64,000 bases of DNA from Lama glama (lineage: Eukaryota): contig CM052817.1 of the NCBI GenBank assembly GCA_028534125.1, forward strand, positions 23,934,001 through 23,998,000, given 5' to 3'. A program made the translations under genes and the position numbers. Each line of letters opens with the position of its first letter. The first letter of the stretch is position 1. Under the pieces are notes generated by a model. The model saw only the letters and a program-made list of their open reading frames with translations, was not told the origin of the DNA and did no database searches. This document shows, piece by piece, positions 13,180 through 26,048 of this stretch.

Positions 13180-14100
13180 CGGATTGTCACCCGCTGAGCC
13201 AAATCCCATTAGTAATTGGAGTTTTTGTATTACTTACCCGCTTCTGGTTTCCTTTTAGACGCCCACAAGCGAGAGCGAAATCCAAGGGGCAGAAACCGGA
13301 GCCGAACACTTTGCGCGCTGGAAACGTACCCGGAAAGGTGCCGGAAAGCCCCGGCCCGGCCTCAGACGGTCCTCCCGCCCGGCCCCGCCGCCCAGCCCAC
13401 CGCGGCCTCCGGGACTCGCCCCACGCGCGGGCAGCGGAGCTGGAGAGGCGCGGCAAGGCGTGCAGGGGATCCCGGGCGCCGGCGTCTCCCCCGGCCCGGC
13501 TCGCTCGGTCCTCACGCGTGCGTTCCAGGCGCGGGGCCTCTGCTGCCCGGTCCCCGCCGGCTGCCCGCACCGCGTCTGCTGCCAGGCGCCGGCCGCGCGG
13601 GCGGCGCTGTCACTCGGGCGGCGCGCCGCGGCCGCCGCACCTGGAGGCGGGGAGCGCGGGCCGGCGCGCAGCTCCGGAAGCGCCGCGCCCGCGGCCCGCG
13701 CCCACCCCAGGTGCTCCCGCGCGGCGCCTCGGCCGCTTCCTCCCGGCGTGCGGGGGCGGGGAGAGGCGCCCGGCTCGGGGGCAGCGCCGCTCAGCTGCGG
13801 GGGCAGCCGGGCCGGCCGCCCTGGTTCCGCAGCATAGTTGGGCGTCTGACTCAGTCTGCCGCGACTCGGCCGCGCCTGGCACCCTCGGCACCTGGCGCAC
13901 CTCGGCCCCGGGGCTCCCTGGCCGGCGGGGTTGGAGGAGCTGCGAGGGCGCGTCCCGAAGGCCTGAGCGGCGAGGGCATGGCCCTCCCGGGACCGAGATG
14001 CCCGTGACCCTTCCCCGACTCCCGCTGGCCAGTTGGTTGGTCGGTGCGCTCCGATGGGGGGGTGTCAAATGGGCGGAACCTCGCCACCACTGATGATTAG
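13180..14100. promoter_or_regulatory. ARAP2: CpG island / GC-rich promoter, inferred to be the ARAP2 promoter (gene on minus strand)
   Basis: Abrupt very GC- and CpG-rich block in AT-rich surroundings, with multiple GC boxes and TGACTCA at 13847-13853. The gene name is inferred only from synteny (ARAP2 lies head-to-head upstream of DTHD1 in mammals); no ARAP2 coding sequence is visible. Confidence 0.8.
13238..13900 (-). other. ARAP2: Putative non-coding first exon(s) of ARAP2; candidate minus-strand donors after 13641 (CAG|GTGCGG) and after 13238 (CGG|GTAAGT)
   Basis: Plus-strand 'ccgcacctggag' and 'tacttacccgcttc' reverse-complement to 5' splice donors inside or at the edge of the CpG island. 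The TSS cannot be placed from sequence, so the upper coordinate is approximate. Confidence 0.5.
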
Positions 14101-16289
14101 TATTACTTTACTAAGTACTTTCCCTGTTACCTCAGCGGTTCCCAAACTTAAGACTCATCTAGGACGCTGGTTTTCCCAGGCTGCTTCTGCGTAAAGTTGC
14201 ATTCAATGAACTCGGGAATCTATTTATCAAGCCCCGTGCTGATTAGGCTGAACCCATTATATCGAATGCTCCTTTACGTAGTCTCTTTGAAGAAGGGATT
14301 AATATTCGCACTTTCCAGTTGAGGAGTCCGCGGGGTACAGAAACTTGCCCAAGGGGACACAGCTTTAAGGGATGGAGGTGGTTTTCAATTTAGATCTTAA
14401 CTCTCTCCCCTGAGGAATACAACCGCCTCACAGATTTTTTTAAATTCCCTTTTCTTGTCTCCGCCCCCACTCCGCCCCCACCCCTCGGAGGGGAGGGCTA
14501 ACCCTGCTCTAGTCTTCTGGGCACCGGAGATCGTTAGATCTGGGGAAGACATCTCCTCTTGGACTTGCACCTTGACAGGTAACAGTAAGGCAGCAAGAAA
14601 ATACGGGGATCCAAAAAGAAAAGCCCTAGTGCGCCCCCATATACCTAAGTGTCCAGAAAACCGACTTGTTTGCAAGAGAATTCAAGGGCAAACTCCTTAT
14701 TTTTATTTTTTTAATTAACATCTTTTTACCGACTGTACTTGAAATTCTCTTCCTTGAAAGATGAAATGTCCTTATCTTTCCCCAGTACCTGTTGATAGAA
14801 GTAAAGCAATTAGGGAAACTGCTGAGCTTATTATGAAAATGAGATAATTGGTGAAGTCCAAAGTGTGGGAGGCTTCCCAGGATCCCAGGCCCTTGGGAGG
14901 TGTCATCTTCACCAAAAAACCTGCCCGTCAAAAAGCATCCTCCAGCCCCGGGCAGACTCTGTGACAGCTGTGGCTGGCACTCTCCAGAGACACCAAATTT
15001 CCAGTTTCTTTTGAGCTAAATACTTTATAGCAAGCCCTGTTTCCACCAGGAAAGTTTTCTTGACACTTCCCGAACCTCAAGAATGATCTTATCTTTGGAT
15101 TCCTGTAGAATTGTATTTATGTGGCTCTTTCTTGGTTTCATATTAAGCCCATACTCTTTGTGGGTTTTTTTTTTCCCCTCTCCCTCAGAGTTCTCACATA
15201 CTTGTCATTTATTTTTATCTTTGTAAGCCATCTTAAATCCTTTTCTGAACAAGGTGGGTTATAAATAAACAAAAAATTCTTACATCAGTTATGGTCTGTC
15301 TCAGAACGCCAAGCATTGTTACTTGAACACTAAGTCCTCAAGTTACTTCTCTTGGTAGATGTTATAAAATAATTGGGCTTTGTGCCTCTTTGCAACAATA
15401 TCTTAGTTCATTGATTATTATTCATTTATTGTTTTAAAGTGTATTGAAAATTTATTTTTTGATAGTTTGAAAATACAGTGGTTAACAAATTACAATACAA
15501 CCCCAGAATTTTCAGTCTTCTCTGAGGGGAAATAATGTTAAGAGCTGTAAGACATACCGATGATTTAATAAAATAGCTCTGAGAAACAAAAGAAAAACAA
15601 TGCTCCCTCATTGAAACTATACATTGGTTATAAAATGTATTCTGGTTTTAAGTACCTTAACATATGAAGGAAAATAAAAGATTCTGAGGAAATATGGCAA
15701 AGACTACCTTTTATTAATTGTTCATTAATCATACCAAGTTCTAGCCAAACACCTAACATGTATTATATGTTGTATATATACAACAACTCTGAGTTGGAAT
15801 TTTTTTCCCCAATTTTATAAACATAGGCTTAACTGAGACTAAAAGAGATTAAGTTGCAAATAGTGGATAAATTGAACACATCTTGGTTGTATTCACAGGC
15901 TACACATTATTTAGCATCACTCAGAGTGAGGCATTCAGGGAGAAAAGTAGACAGGAAAAATAGCTTTTTAAGAATTGACGTATGAAAATCTGTTTACTGC
16001 CAAGTCTATTAAAGTATGTATTCCCAGTTATTTTCCTTATATGTATTTACTCCAAATATATATTTAGATTTATTCCAAAATGACCCACTCCCATCCCATT
16101 TCCTCCATTTTTTGTAGGAGAGCAGAGATAGCTCTGTCCCTGCCAGACTTAACGTCTGCTCCTCCCATCTCTCCTACCCAGAATGCACTCTGCTTATGGA
16201 CCATGCAGTTTGAGAGTGAAAGCCATCCTTCCCTCCTCCTCCCCTCCCTCCTTTGCCTCCTTCCCCTTTCCCTTACATCATCCAGGCTA

Positions 16290-16700
16290 ACACCCATAGA
16301 GAATTTGTGTGCCAGTTGCTATTCCCAGCACTTTACTTGCGAAAGCTCATTTAATTATCTCAACAGCTCCTTGAACAGAAAGTGTTATCCCCACTAGAAG
16401 AAACTTAAAGAGATTAATTAATTTATACCAGATATTCCATAAGGCAGAGAGAATTCCAACCCAGTCTTCTCCAGGACCCATCCTCTGCAGTTTGACTATT
16501 AGGGAAAGCTCACAGTGCTGGAATTGCAAAGGCCTGTGCTCAAAATGAATGATCAGTGTAAGCTGTGGCATTTTGAACAAAGTCATTAACTTATTGGAGC
16601 CTCAATTTCCCCCATCTGTAAACAGGGAGTAGTAATACCTATGAGCATTTAATGTAATTACATGTCTAAGACACTCAGAAAATAGTAGTCTCTTATTACA
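16290..16700. mobile_element. Two MIR remnants in opposite orientation
   Basis: Minus-orientation copy ~16290-16500; plus-orientation copy with 'gagcctcaatttcccccatctgtaaacaggg' ~16510-16700. Confidence 0.6.
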
Positions 16701-19436
16701 TTTAATTCTATTCTCTTTTCTCTAATTATTGTTCAAAACTAGGTTCAAATCACACCTCCCTCTCAAGCCTTTCCAAATCTTTCGTAACCTGGGTTATCTA
16801 TACAACAGAATTTAAGGTACTCTCTCCATTTTTCTATAAAGGAAAATCCAGTATTACCTTGACCAAACATAAAATTTTAGGGATGCAGATAAAATAGGCA
16901 TATGTCTACTAATAATATTTAATTCATCATTTTAGATAAACAGATACTCAGAAAAGTAAACTCATTTATTAATATATAAATACTTCCTTTTCCACTCATA
17001 TTTTAAAAATAATTTTATTCAAATTTTAACATGCAAGTTTGACATCAATGAGTTCATCACTAGAGCCGCATTTTGAATCATCAATGTTTGGTTTGGTTTG
17101 GTTTTCAGAGCATATTATTTTCACTTCTGTCTAAGTTTTTGAAGGTACTTAATTTTCTGAAACCATTTATAATTCTGTCACTGGGAATTTTATTATAAAT
17201 CACAAGTTCCCACTTCCTTTATATTAAGAAGTTGATTTTCCTCATTCACTTCAAACATGTGCATTAATAGTCTCCACCAGTTTTTGGTTTTTAGAATGGT
17301 TTTTAAAAGGATGCTTGTCCTAACATGGGATACTTAAAATTGTGAGGTGACATCCCCATAAATAATTGCTTAATCTGTTTTAAATATCTTCACCTTCTTT
17401 TAAACCAATCTCATCAGATGGTCTGTGTCTGTATCCTAAGCTAAGACTGACTGGGGATGTTTTAGGCTACACCGCCACCCTGATGTCCCATCCCCGCAGC
17501 TCAGCTGGCAGCAGCTCAGATTAACGTACATACTGAAGGAAGGCAGGGGTTCTGTGATACATAGATTCTATGTACCAGGCATTGTTACACATTACAAACT
17601 CAATTCTCTCAACAGGGCTGGGGGGTAGTTACAATCGTTATCTCTTTTTTAAGCCAGTGAAGAAACAGAGACATTAAAAAAAATTATCCCATCTAAAATT
17701 CACAAGTAGTAAATAAGGAAGAAAGGATCTGAACCCAACTAATGTGGATTCAAAGCCTATGCCTAAAGCATTCTGCTGTGATACCTCCGAGAAGACTTTT
17801 AAAGTTTTGACCACAAGGAACTTTTTTTCTGATGCTTAATTTTGGGAGGAAAAGGATACACCTTATATTCAGGCATATACAATACTCTCTCTTGGATTTT
17901 CCCATTGCCCCCCTTTTATTTTGTTTTCTCACTGCTATTGGAGTAAATCTGTCAGCAGGCTTTGAATTATGGATATTGAGAAATTTTTCTTATTTCTATT
18001 TGTATTCCTGAAGTACCCTTCCCTCTACTGGAGTTCTCTTTAGTCAGTCTGCTTTGCATAATGGATACTTGGAATCTTCCTATTTGAATTCTCTGAACTA
18101 CTTATCATAAGTCCTTAAATAAATGCTTGTTTTATTAAACTGAAATGCTTATATTCAGTAAGTTGACTCTTTTTGGTACAGTGTTGCAAGTTTTAAGAGT
18201 TGCTTTGAAAGTTTTTTAAAAAATTCTTTCTCACCCCAAGGGAGTATCTTAGTGGCTATCTATTGTAAGGTGGACAAAAGAGCTGTGTAAAATACTTACC
18301 CAATTCAGTTACTAACCAAAAGTTGATGGTATTATGGAAATATTTTAAAATGTAAGTTTTTTTCAGAAACCATTAAATAATATCAAGGAAAAAGTGAAGA
18401 TAAATTCTTCTATAGAACTAATATCTCAGAAACTCATTTAGGCTCTAGGGATTAGAGTGTTTCATTGATACTGATACACATATTTTAACACTTTACTACT
18501 TCTTCAGTGGGGATTCATCCTAAAATGAACTGCTGTGGGCCAGGCAGCAGTCGTAGCATAGTTGTCATTGCCTACATGGTCATGAACTTGGTATAACTGT
18601 TCATGCTGTTATCACTTCATTGAAGTAACTTGCATTGGCAGTGCTACACATATTGACTTTAATTGTCACTTGAAATGTCTGCAAAAAGAGTACACTAGGT
18701 TTTTTTGCAGAAGGCAAAGCAAGAGAGCCATGTGATATTAGATAAAAAATTAAAATAGTAAATAATTCTCAAAGAGCATTTTCCTATATATACACAATAA
18801 AAATTCTAAATGAATATGTTATGTCATAGTTTAACAGTGATTTTTTTCTCATGGCATAGAAAATATTAATGTACCCCCAAATAGATTGTGTTTTAGAGTT
18901 GTGGACATCCAGTATTTTCTACTACTGCTAACATAAAAATCCAATTTTATTTTTATATTGAAAAAAGTTCCTTAAGAAAGAATCAATGTTAAGAGAAATC
19001 CAGTGGATTAGCAGACAAAATACATCAACTGAGTGTAAAATCATTGCTTTCACTTTGTTGCATCAATTTTTCTCTTGTATTTCTGAAATTGATTTTACTA
19101 CACACATCACAAAATTCCATTTCTTTGTGCTGTAGCTTGAACATACTGTTTAGCTCCATTTTTTTCCTTTGTCCTAAAAATGCTGCCCATATAATAGATA
19201 GTTAACCTTGAAATTTCTTCTGACATCAAGAAAAAAAAAAGTGGGGAGGGATTCAGAGAAGCAAAGTGGAGAGGTAGAAATACACAAGCAATAGCTTGAA
19301 GTAGATCCCTTATAAAACAATGAAATTAAACTTTACAAAACCAATTTAAAAAGCACAGACTAATATCCATGTAAAAAGGTAAAGGGAAAACAACAACAAC
19401 AAAAGGATTAATAAAATCTCATAACTGCCACGAAAG

Positions 19437-19710
19437 CAGAGGCCACAAACTAGGTGTCTATGGGCAGCATGAAGTCCGAGAATCTTTCAGACCACAATGA
19501 GTTTAGCAATTTTTAAGTAGTTTCTCAAATTGAGAAGATTTTACATTAAAATATGGACTTTCAGCATCTCTTGAAAAATCAAAATGTCTAATAACATTGA
19601 ATTCACATTCCTACAAAGCAAATCTGAAAGGCTGGAAAACTGGCTACCCTTTTTGGACAGGACATACACCTTCTAGTTTGCCATAGTCTCTCCTCACCCT
19701 ACTTCTCCTT
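19437..19710. mobile_element. hAT-Charlie DNA transposon remnant (MER102-like)
   Basis: 'atggactttcagcatctcttgaaaaatcaaaatgtctaataacattgaattcacattcc' resembles MER102. Confidence 0.55.
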
Positions 19711-20109
19711 GGTTATAACTTAGGAATTGTGGACGTTGCAACCATGAGATGTTGCCTGAAATCACGATCAGTCAAAGACAAGCTATATGAGTGACCCTTG
19801 TGGCAACCTTGTGGATTTCTGAAGTGAAGTCTTAGAAATATATAGCCCAGATCAAAAGTTAATACCCAGCACGTTAAGAATGTTTCATCAGCAAAAGCAG
19901 CAGCCAGTGTCATCATCTGCTGAGTTCTTAAAATAAGTCAAATAACATATTAAACACTTCGCAGCTATTATTCACTCAACTAATTTTTGTATTTACTATA
20001 AGATGTGATGAGTCACAGACATGCAGAGGTAAACAAAGCAGACCTATGTCACTATCTTTTTGGAGGTTACAGTATGCTAACAGAGATAGCCATTACCCAA
20101 TGAATCACA

Positions 20110-20315
20110 CAGATGTATACGTGATATGTGTATGGTATTACAAATACATACTCATCTATACATTAAACATACAGTACAGTATACTATAGGTATAATATAC
20201 ATATGCTTAGGTACATATAATATATACTATATAGTATATTTATGGATGTGTACACTGTATTTATATAGTACATGTGTATACAATACATATGAGAATGACT
20301 TTATTTAAACTATAT
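20110..20315. repeat. AT-rich low-complexity (TA/CA/TG) tract
   Basis: Degenerate tatac/tatgt repeats directly visible. Confidence 0.7.
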
Positions 20316-23300
20316 GAATTTGCTGACATTTGTCTATATTTAACCTTAAAAATGGTCACTGAATATGGTTCAAATACATTTTAATTGAGAATGTAGGAAA
20401 TGCTTTTCCCCTAGTCCCAATTTTTCCTTCTTGTGTCGTGAGTCTAACCCTCCTGGCCTCTCTTTGCCCCCTCCCCTCTCCCTCAGAGAGGGGGCACTCT
20501 GCCCTGTGATTGGGTGGTAACTTACTTACTTGGTGTTTTTGTAAGGGGGAACTGGTCACAAGAGCCCTGCCCTTTCAATCCCTCTCTCTCAGGGAGCCAG
20601 AACTTTGTGTTGCTCTTCCGAGTTGTAAAACCTGTGGGAGGTATGAACGTATCCATAGCTTCCAGATCCTGGCCTGTTGTCAAAAGGTAATGTAAGTAAT
20701 ATTTGATTCCTGTCTGCCTGATTTCTGTCTTTTCATTCATTTCAAACAAAGTACCCCAACATATGAGGTAGGATGAATGAACAAAATTCTATGCAAGAGA
20801 ATAATAAAAGGAAGGAATGGTTTTTGATGGGTAAAACTGAAGATTCCTCTTTACAAGGATGTATAAACTGAGAAGCAGGGGCTGAGTGGGAGTGAGCTTG
20901 TGTGTTGTGCGTGTGTGTGGGAGGACTGAGGTATGTTCCAGGCAAAGAAGAACATTTCTAAAACCTCAGAGGCAGCAAAATCAGGAACTTTGGAGGAACT
21001 GAAAGAAGGTCTCTTGGCTAGACAGTGCGTAAAGCAGGACAAGACCAAGTTGGAGGGACCAGCAGGTACGTTATGTACCACCGTCCAGGCCATGGCTAGG
21101 TTTGGGGATTTTACTGGAAGGATGATAAGAAGACATCAAAAAGATTGACGCAGGGGAAACATAATTATTTCCTTATCTTACATAATTTTCAAAATAACCC
21201 TTCATGGGAGGTATTGGAAGGTATTATTATGCCCACATGTCAGCTGGATAAACTGAGATACAGAGAGGTTAAATTGCAAATGTATTATTTGATGGCACAT
21301 TTAGAGGCTCCCAAGACCAACCTTTTAATCACTCTTCTAGTCCATCTTCTATTCCCTTCTGAAAGAAGTACACAGTCTAATCTGTAGAGATTTCAGGGTA
21401 TATGTCCATATGTAGGCTATAACTTATAAATAATAGATATGACTAATTCACAGCTTTTTGAGGGATTTATAAAAATTATTTGACACTTATAATTTGGTAT
21501 CTCTGCACTTAAGGAAATAAAATGGACAATCGGATCAATTCATCCTTCCAGTTTCTACTGGATTCTAATGTTAGGGAAAATTTAATTTTTTAACTACAAA
21601 GTGCCTCTTTCGTATTATATAAACAGATTTAATAACCCCCCCAAACCAGGTAATTAAAAACAGATTGGCAGAAGGGGAACAGAGGTTAAGAATGTCCCAG
21701 CACTTCATGAAAAAGTGTTGGTAGATCTGACACTGAAGATGCTAACCAAGTTACCCTCTCTGTCTCTAAGGGTGGCCGACAAGGACACATGGTTAAAAGC
21801 TCATTCACCACTGACCTCATGTGCAGTATGTACAGTGGCTACTGGTGACTTCTGTGCCATCAGTGTCTGTTGTTCTTACTTTAGGAAACAAACATCCATA
21901 TATCCTGTTTGTCTGCAAAGGTAGTGTTCTCAGTTTCTTTAAAGCACATTTTAAGAATAGATATCTATCTGCCATTTGATCATTTTCTATGTGCGAAAGA
22001 TGACATAGCCTCTCAGTTATGCTGAACAGCAGGTGCACAGACCTTCAAAGACCCAACTCTCAAGTTTGCATTTCCTTCACTCCACATGGCTTCTGTAGCA
22101 TCCTGTGTAATGGTTTTATATTTTTTCCTGTGGAAACACTCATACCCACACTACTGCAACTCTGGTCTGGTTTAGCAGTCGGAATACATGGTGTCTGCCC
22201 AGTCCGTTTTGCAAGCATATTAAGGAGACCATGGCAGTCATGCTTGACTGAACTTTTCTTTCTTCCACTTGTAAAGGAATGACTGCTTATGCATTCATTC
22301 AGCCATGAATGCTTGGCTTTTTCATTCCAGTTACCAGGACACTAAAAAAGGAAGGTTTTTTTTTTTCCATTCATCTTCAGAAAAATAAGAAAATAAAACA
22401 GCACTGGAAGCAGTTACTTGCCTTTATGCCCCGGGTAGGAACAATTTTTACAGAAGTAATATTAAAAAAATACACCGATTTAACTCATTAGATTATCTTC
22501 ATAAATGCAGAGTGTACTTTTAAATAAAAAGCAAAACAGTTATACAATCATCAGATAGTTAAATGTTTTGTTGAACAAGCTGAATTCAATAGGGAACAAT
22601 TAAATGTAAAGAACTTCAGTCTTTTTTCTATTGCCCCGTCCAGACTGTGCTTTTGGACTTACTCTAACTCCTGCCCCTGAATGAATGAATTGTCAGTGAT
22701 GAGAACAGTTTAGTATATGTAATAAAAATGTCCAGGCTGATCTAGGGTAACAGACTAATGCCAGTGTTGTTCGTTCAGCATAAAACATACTGTCCTTAGT
22801 CACCAATCCCTTTCCCACAAGCCTGCTTCAGGTCTGGAAGCTGTCCTTGGGGTGCTGGGGAGGAGTGGAGGGGTAGACTTTTCCCTCCTCATTTCACTAG
22901 CTGCTGCATCAGACCCCTCAAGGGTCACATCAATGGGAAGAGGAGATTGAGAGGAAGGGCAGTCTCTTGAATGGGAGGTGCAGCTGTAATTTTCTAGCTC
23001 TTTCTCTCCTAGTTCTTCCCAAGGCCACTCCCCCCCTCACTGCTTAACCACTGCTGGAGTCTGGTCTCTATCTGCTGCTCCTGAAATGTTAGAAATTCTC
23101 CCTCTCAGCCAGCAGCTTTGGACATCCATCCTCAGCCCCTTTTGGGTACATTAAGTTTCTTTCTTTGAATAGACTGAGAACCTTCTTCGGACTTCTCTCA
23201 GACGCTCCACAGCCTTCAGCTAGGTCCAGATCCACCACCAGCATTTACTTCTCCAAAGCTGAAACTCAAACTAATTTATATCCTACAGCTAACATAACTA

Positions 23301-25597
23301 AGAATAATAGACAAGAGCCTGTGGCCAAGTACACCATCCGGTAGACACAAAAGCCCACACCACTACATCAACAAGGCTGAGGGCTTTCATTTCTGCAGGA
23401 GTGCGTGCATGTGTGGTCATGTGAAATACTAAATCTATGTATTAACATTGGGGTCATATTTATTAATGACCCACAGGTAAGCTCAGTACGTAAACTATCC
23501 TTCTTACTCCTCATACCAACTCTATGAATTAAATTCCATTATTAGCCTCATTTTATAGATGAGGGTACTTAAAAGTTTAAGAGTTGAAACAACTTTCTCA
23601 GGTTACACACCCTGTAAATGGCAGAGCTGGAAATCAAGCTTAGCACCACTGTCAGATGCATGGGCCTCGCTCACTAATTACTACATCAGGCCACCTCCCC
23701 TTGGGTCCAGAGTGTTATTAGCTTAAGTAGTGACTGATGTACAGCTATTAAAATGGATTCTTGCATCCTTAGCCAAAGGTTTGCCCAGATAACAGACTTC
23801 AATGGCAGCTTTCATTTGTGTTATTGATGGAAATCTTTCATTGAGCGAGGTGTGTCTTAGAGACAGGCCTAAACATGACTGCAATCATCAGATTAAACAA
23901 TACAAAACAATAACAACCCAAGTCTTCAAAGGAGTCCACCCACTCCCTCACACACCTTCTTGCATACTGTGCCGCTAATACAGTCAACAGTGTCCTGATT
24001 CAAATTTCCTCTGATGGTTAATGAAATTTATAGTCTATTTAGTTATGATTTCGGGATGTTATGAATTTTGAATTCCAGTTTTGAGGTTCCCTGTGACATC
24101 TCTGAATGTTGCAGATAGTCTTACTACTCATGATAACTTGTGGAAAAAAAATGGGTTCAGTCAATAAAAGTACCAGGCAAGTCATCCACAAGCCACTTTA
24201 GTAACATGATGAGTTCAGAGCAAGTGGGTTTTCTTTATACGCAGACAGAATACTTAAGTCCTGGAAAAGAAAAAGGTCCTTGGCTATTAGGCCTACAGGG
24301 ATCTCAGTGGCATGAATCAATGTTGAAAGAGAAAGTTGAAATCAGGCCTGAGGACAGGCCCTGGAAATAGTCATCATTTTAATGCACAGTATCTAAAGGG
24401 GTTAAAGAAGCAAAGTATAGGTACAAGAAAACGTTTGAGCAACAGTTTAATCTGATGGGATGGTTATGCCAATAGACAACCCATTCAGTTTTCCCAAGGC
24501 CTGTATGAGCCAATGGTAGCATTAGCACTTCCAAACTAGGGCTTCATAAAAGGTCTGTATAATGCCTTGTGAAAACAAGAGCTACTTGATCAAGTAGGTC
24601 TGGGCTTCAGTCATACTCTCGCGTAGACACTGATGACATACATTATCATATTAAAGTCTTCATGGGAGTCCTGCAGGAAAGAAACCTTTTTAACCTTGCT
24701 TAATTTAACATTTCCTAAATTAATTTGATCAGGAAACTCTTTTTGTGCAACACCTTAGTTGTTTATGGAACCACTTTCAGAACTAAGCTGATCCAGTGGA
24801 ATTAGGGAACCCCATGTCCTATGGGTACTGCTCAAAGATTACTGATTATTACTTCTTGCAGTAAAGCTATTGAGAATTTTGATGGCTATGCTTGAAAGAC
24901 AAAATCTTTAAAATTTTACCAGCATGCATTTATTCTAGACATCTGATCCAGGTCCATAGACTTCAAGCTGGAAAGAAGGTTGACAAACTTGAATGAAAAT
25001 TATAGAGCCTCCAGGATATGGGCCTCAATAGGAGGTTCATCTACTTTTTCATGGAAATGAAAGTGTCCCTATGGATAAAGTTTAGGTTTTTTACTTAAAA
25101 ATCAATTCTAGAATCCGATTCAACTAACAACCAAAAAGTAATAAAGATCACTAAGTTCTAGATGATAGAAAAAAATCTAACTGAAAATTTGTGAGTGGAT
25201 GGTAACAAATGCCGATATAAACTCTGAAAGATCTCACTGAAGTGTACTTATAACATATCACTAATTTAATTAGTTTAACTTGTGACATAACTTCCAGAGA
25301 AACTCTTGAAATAGTCATATGCTAAAAATATATACATATAACAGAATGGATAGACATAGTGCTTTAATAATAAGACTAGATAACATTTTTGAAGCCTTAC
25401 TTTGTGTCAAAGTACAGAATTGAGCACTTATGTGGATGTTAATCCTCATAGTGACCCACATTTTATAGAAGGGAAGGGAACCTAAGGATAAGAGACTTTA
25501 AGTAATTTGCTCAAATTTATATTGGTAATAAATAGTTCAGCCAGAATTACCCCCTATATTCAATAGCCCAGTACAGGATTTTTATGTAATTGGGGCT

Positions 25598-26048
25598 TTA
25601 TGAGTTAGAATACTTGTTTGGATGTGGTAACAAAGACCAAAATAACAGTCGCCTAAGTAAGATAGAAGCTTATTCCTCTCAGTTCACATAAAAGTAGCTC
25701 AGAACTGGATAAAGCACTTCCCATCTTTATCAACATGTAGAATACATATATCGTGGCTGAAGATAGCTGCTATAGCACTCACCATCACATCCACATCCCA
25801 GCTGGTGGGCAGGGAAGAAGAAAGTTCACAATGTACCCATTTATAGGCCAGACCTAGAAGTTGCCCATTACTTTACTCATATCCTATGGACTAGAAGTTA
25901 ACTAAATGGCTATACTTAGCTCCAAGGGAGGCTGAGAAATGAAATGTTTATTCTGGGAATCCATGTGATCACTTAAAATTCTAGTTACTACTATTAAAAC
26001 AATAAGGGGAGAATGCCTACTTGGGGAACACCAGCAGTTTCTGTCACA
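25598..26048. mobile_element. MaLR solo LTR (MLT1I/J-like)
   Basis: 'aaataacagtcgcctaagtaagatagaag...tggctatacttagctccaagggaggctgagaaatg...gtttctgtcaca' is typical MLT1. Confidence 0.7.

Noticed and set aside
13187..14093. Several overlapping long ORFs (up to 263 aa) on both strands
   Set aside because: Arg/Gly/Ala/Pro-rich translations expected from stop-poor CpG-island DNA; mostly non-ATG starts and no recognisable domain.
22760..23250. Possible additional old LTR
   Set aside because: Could not identify termini, TSD or a family.
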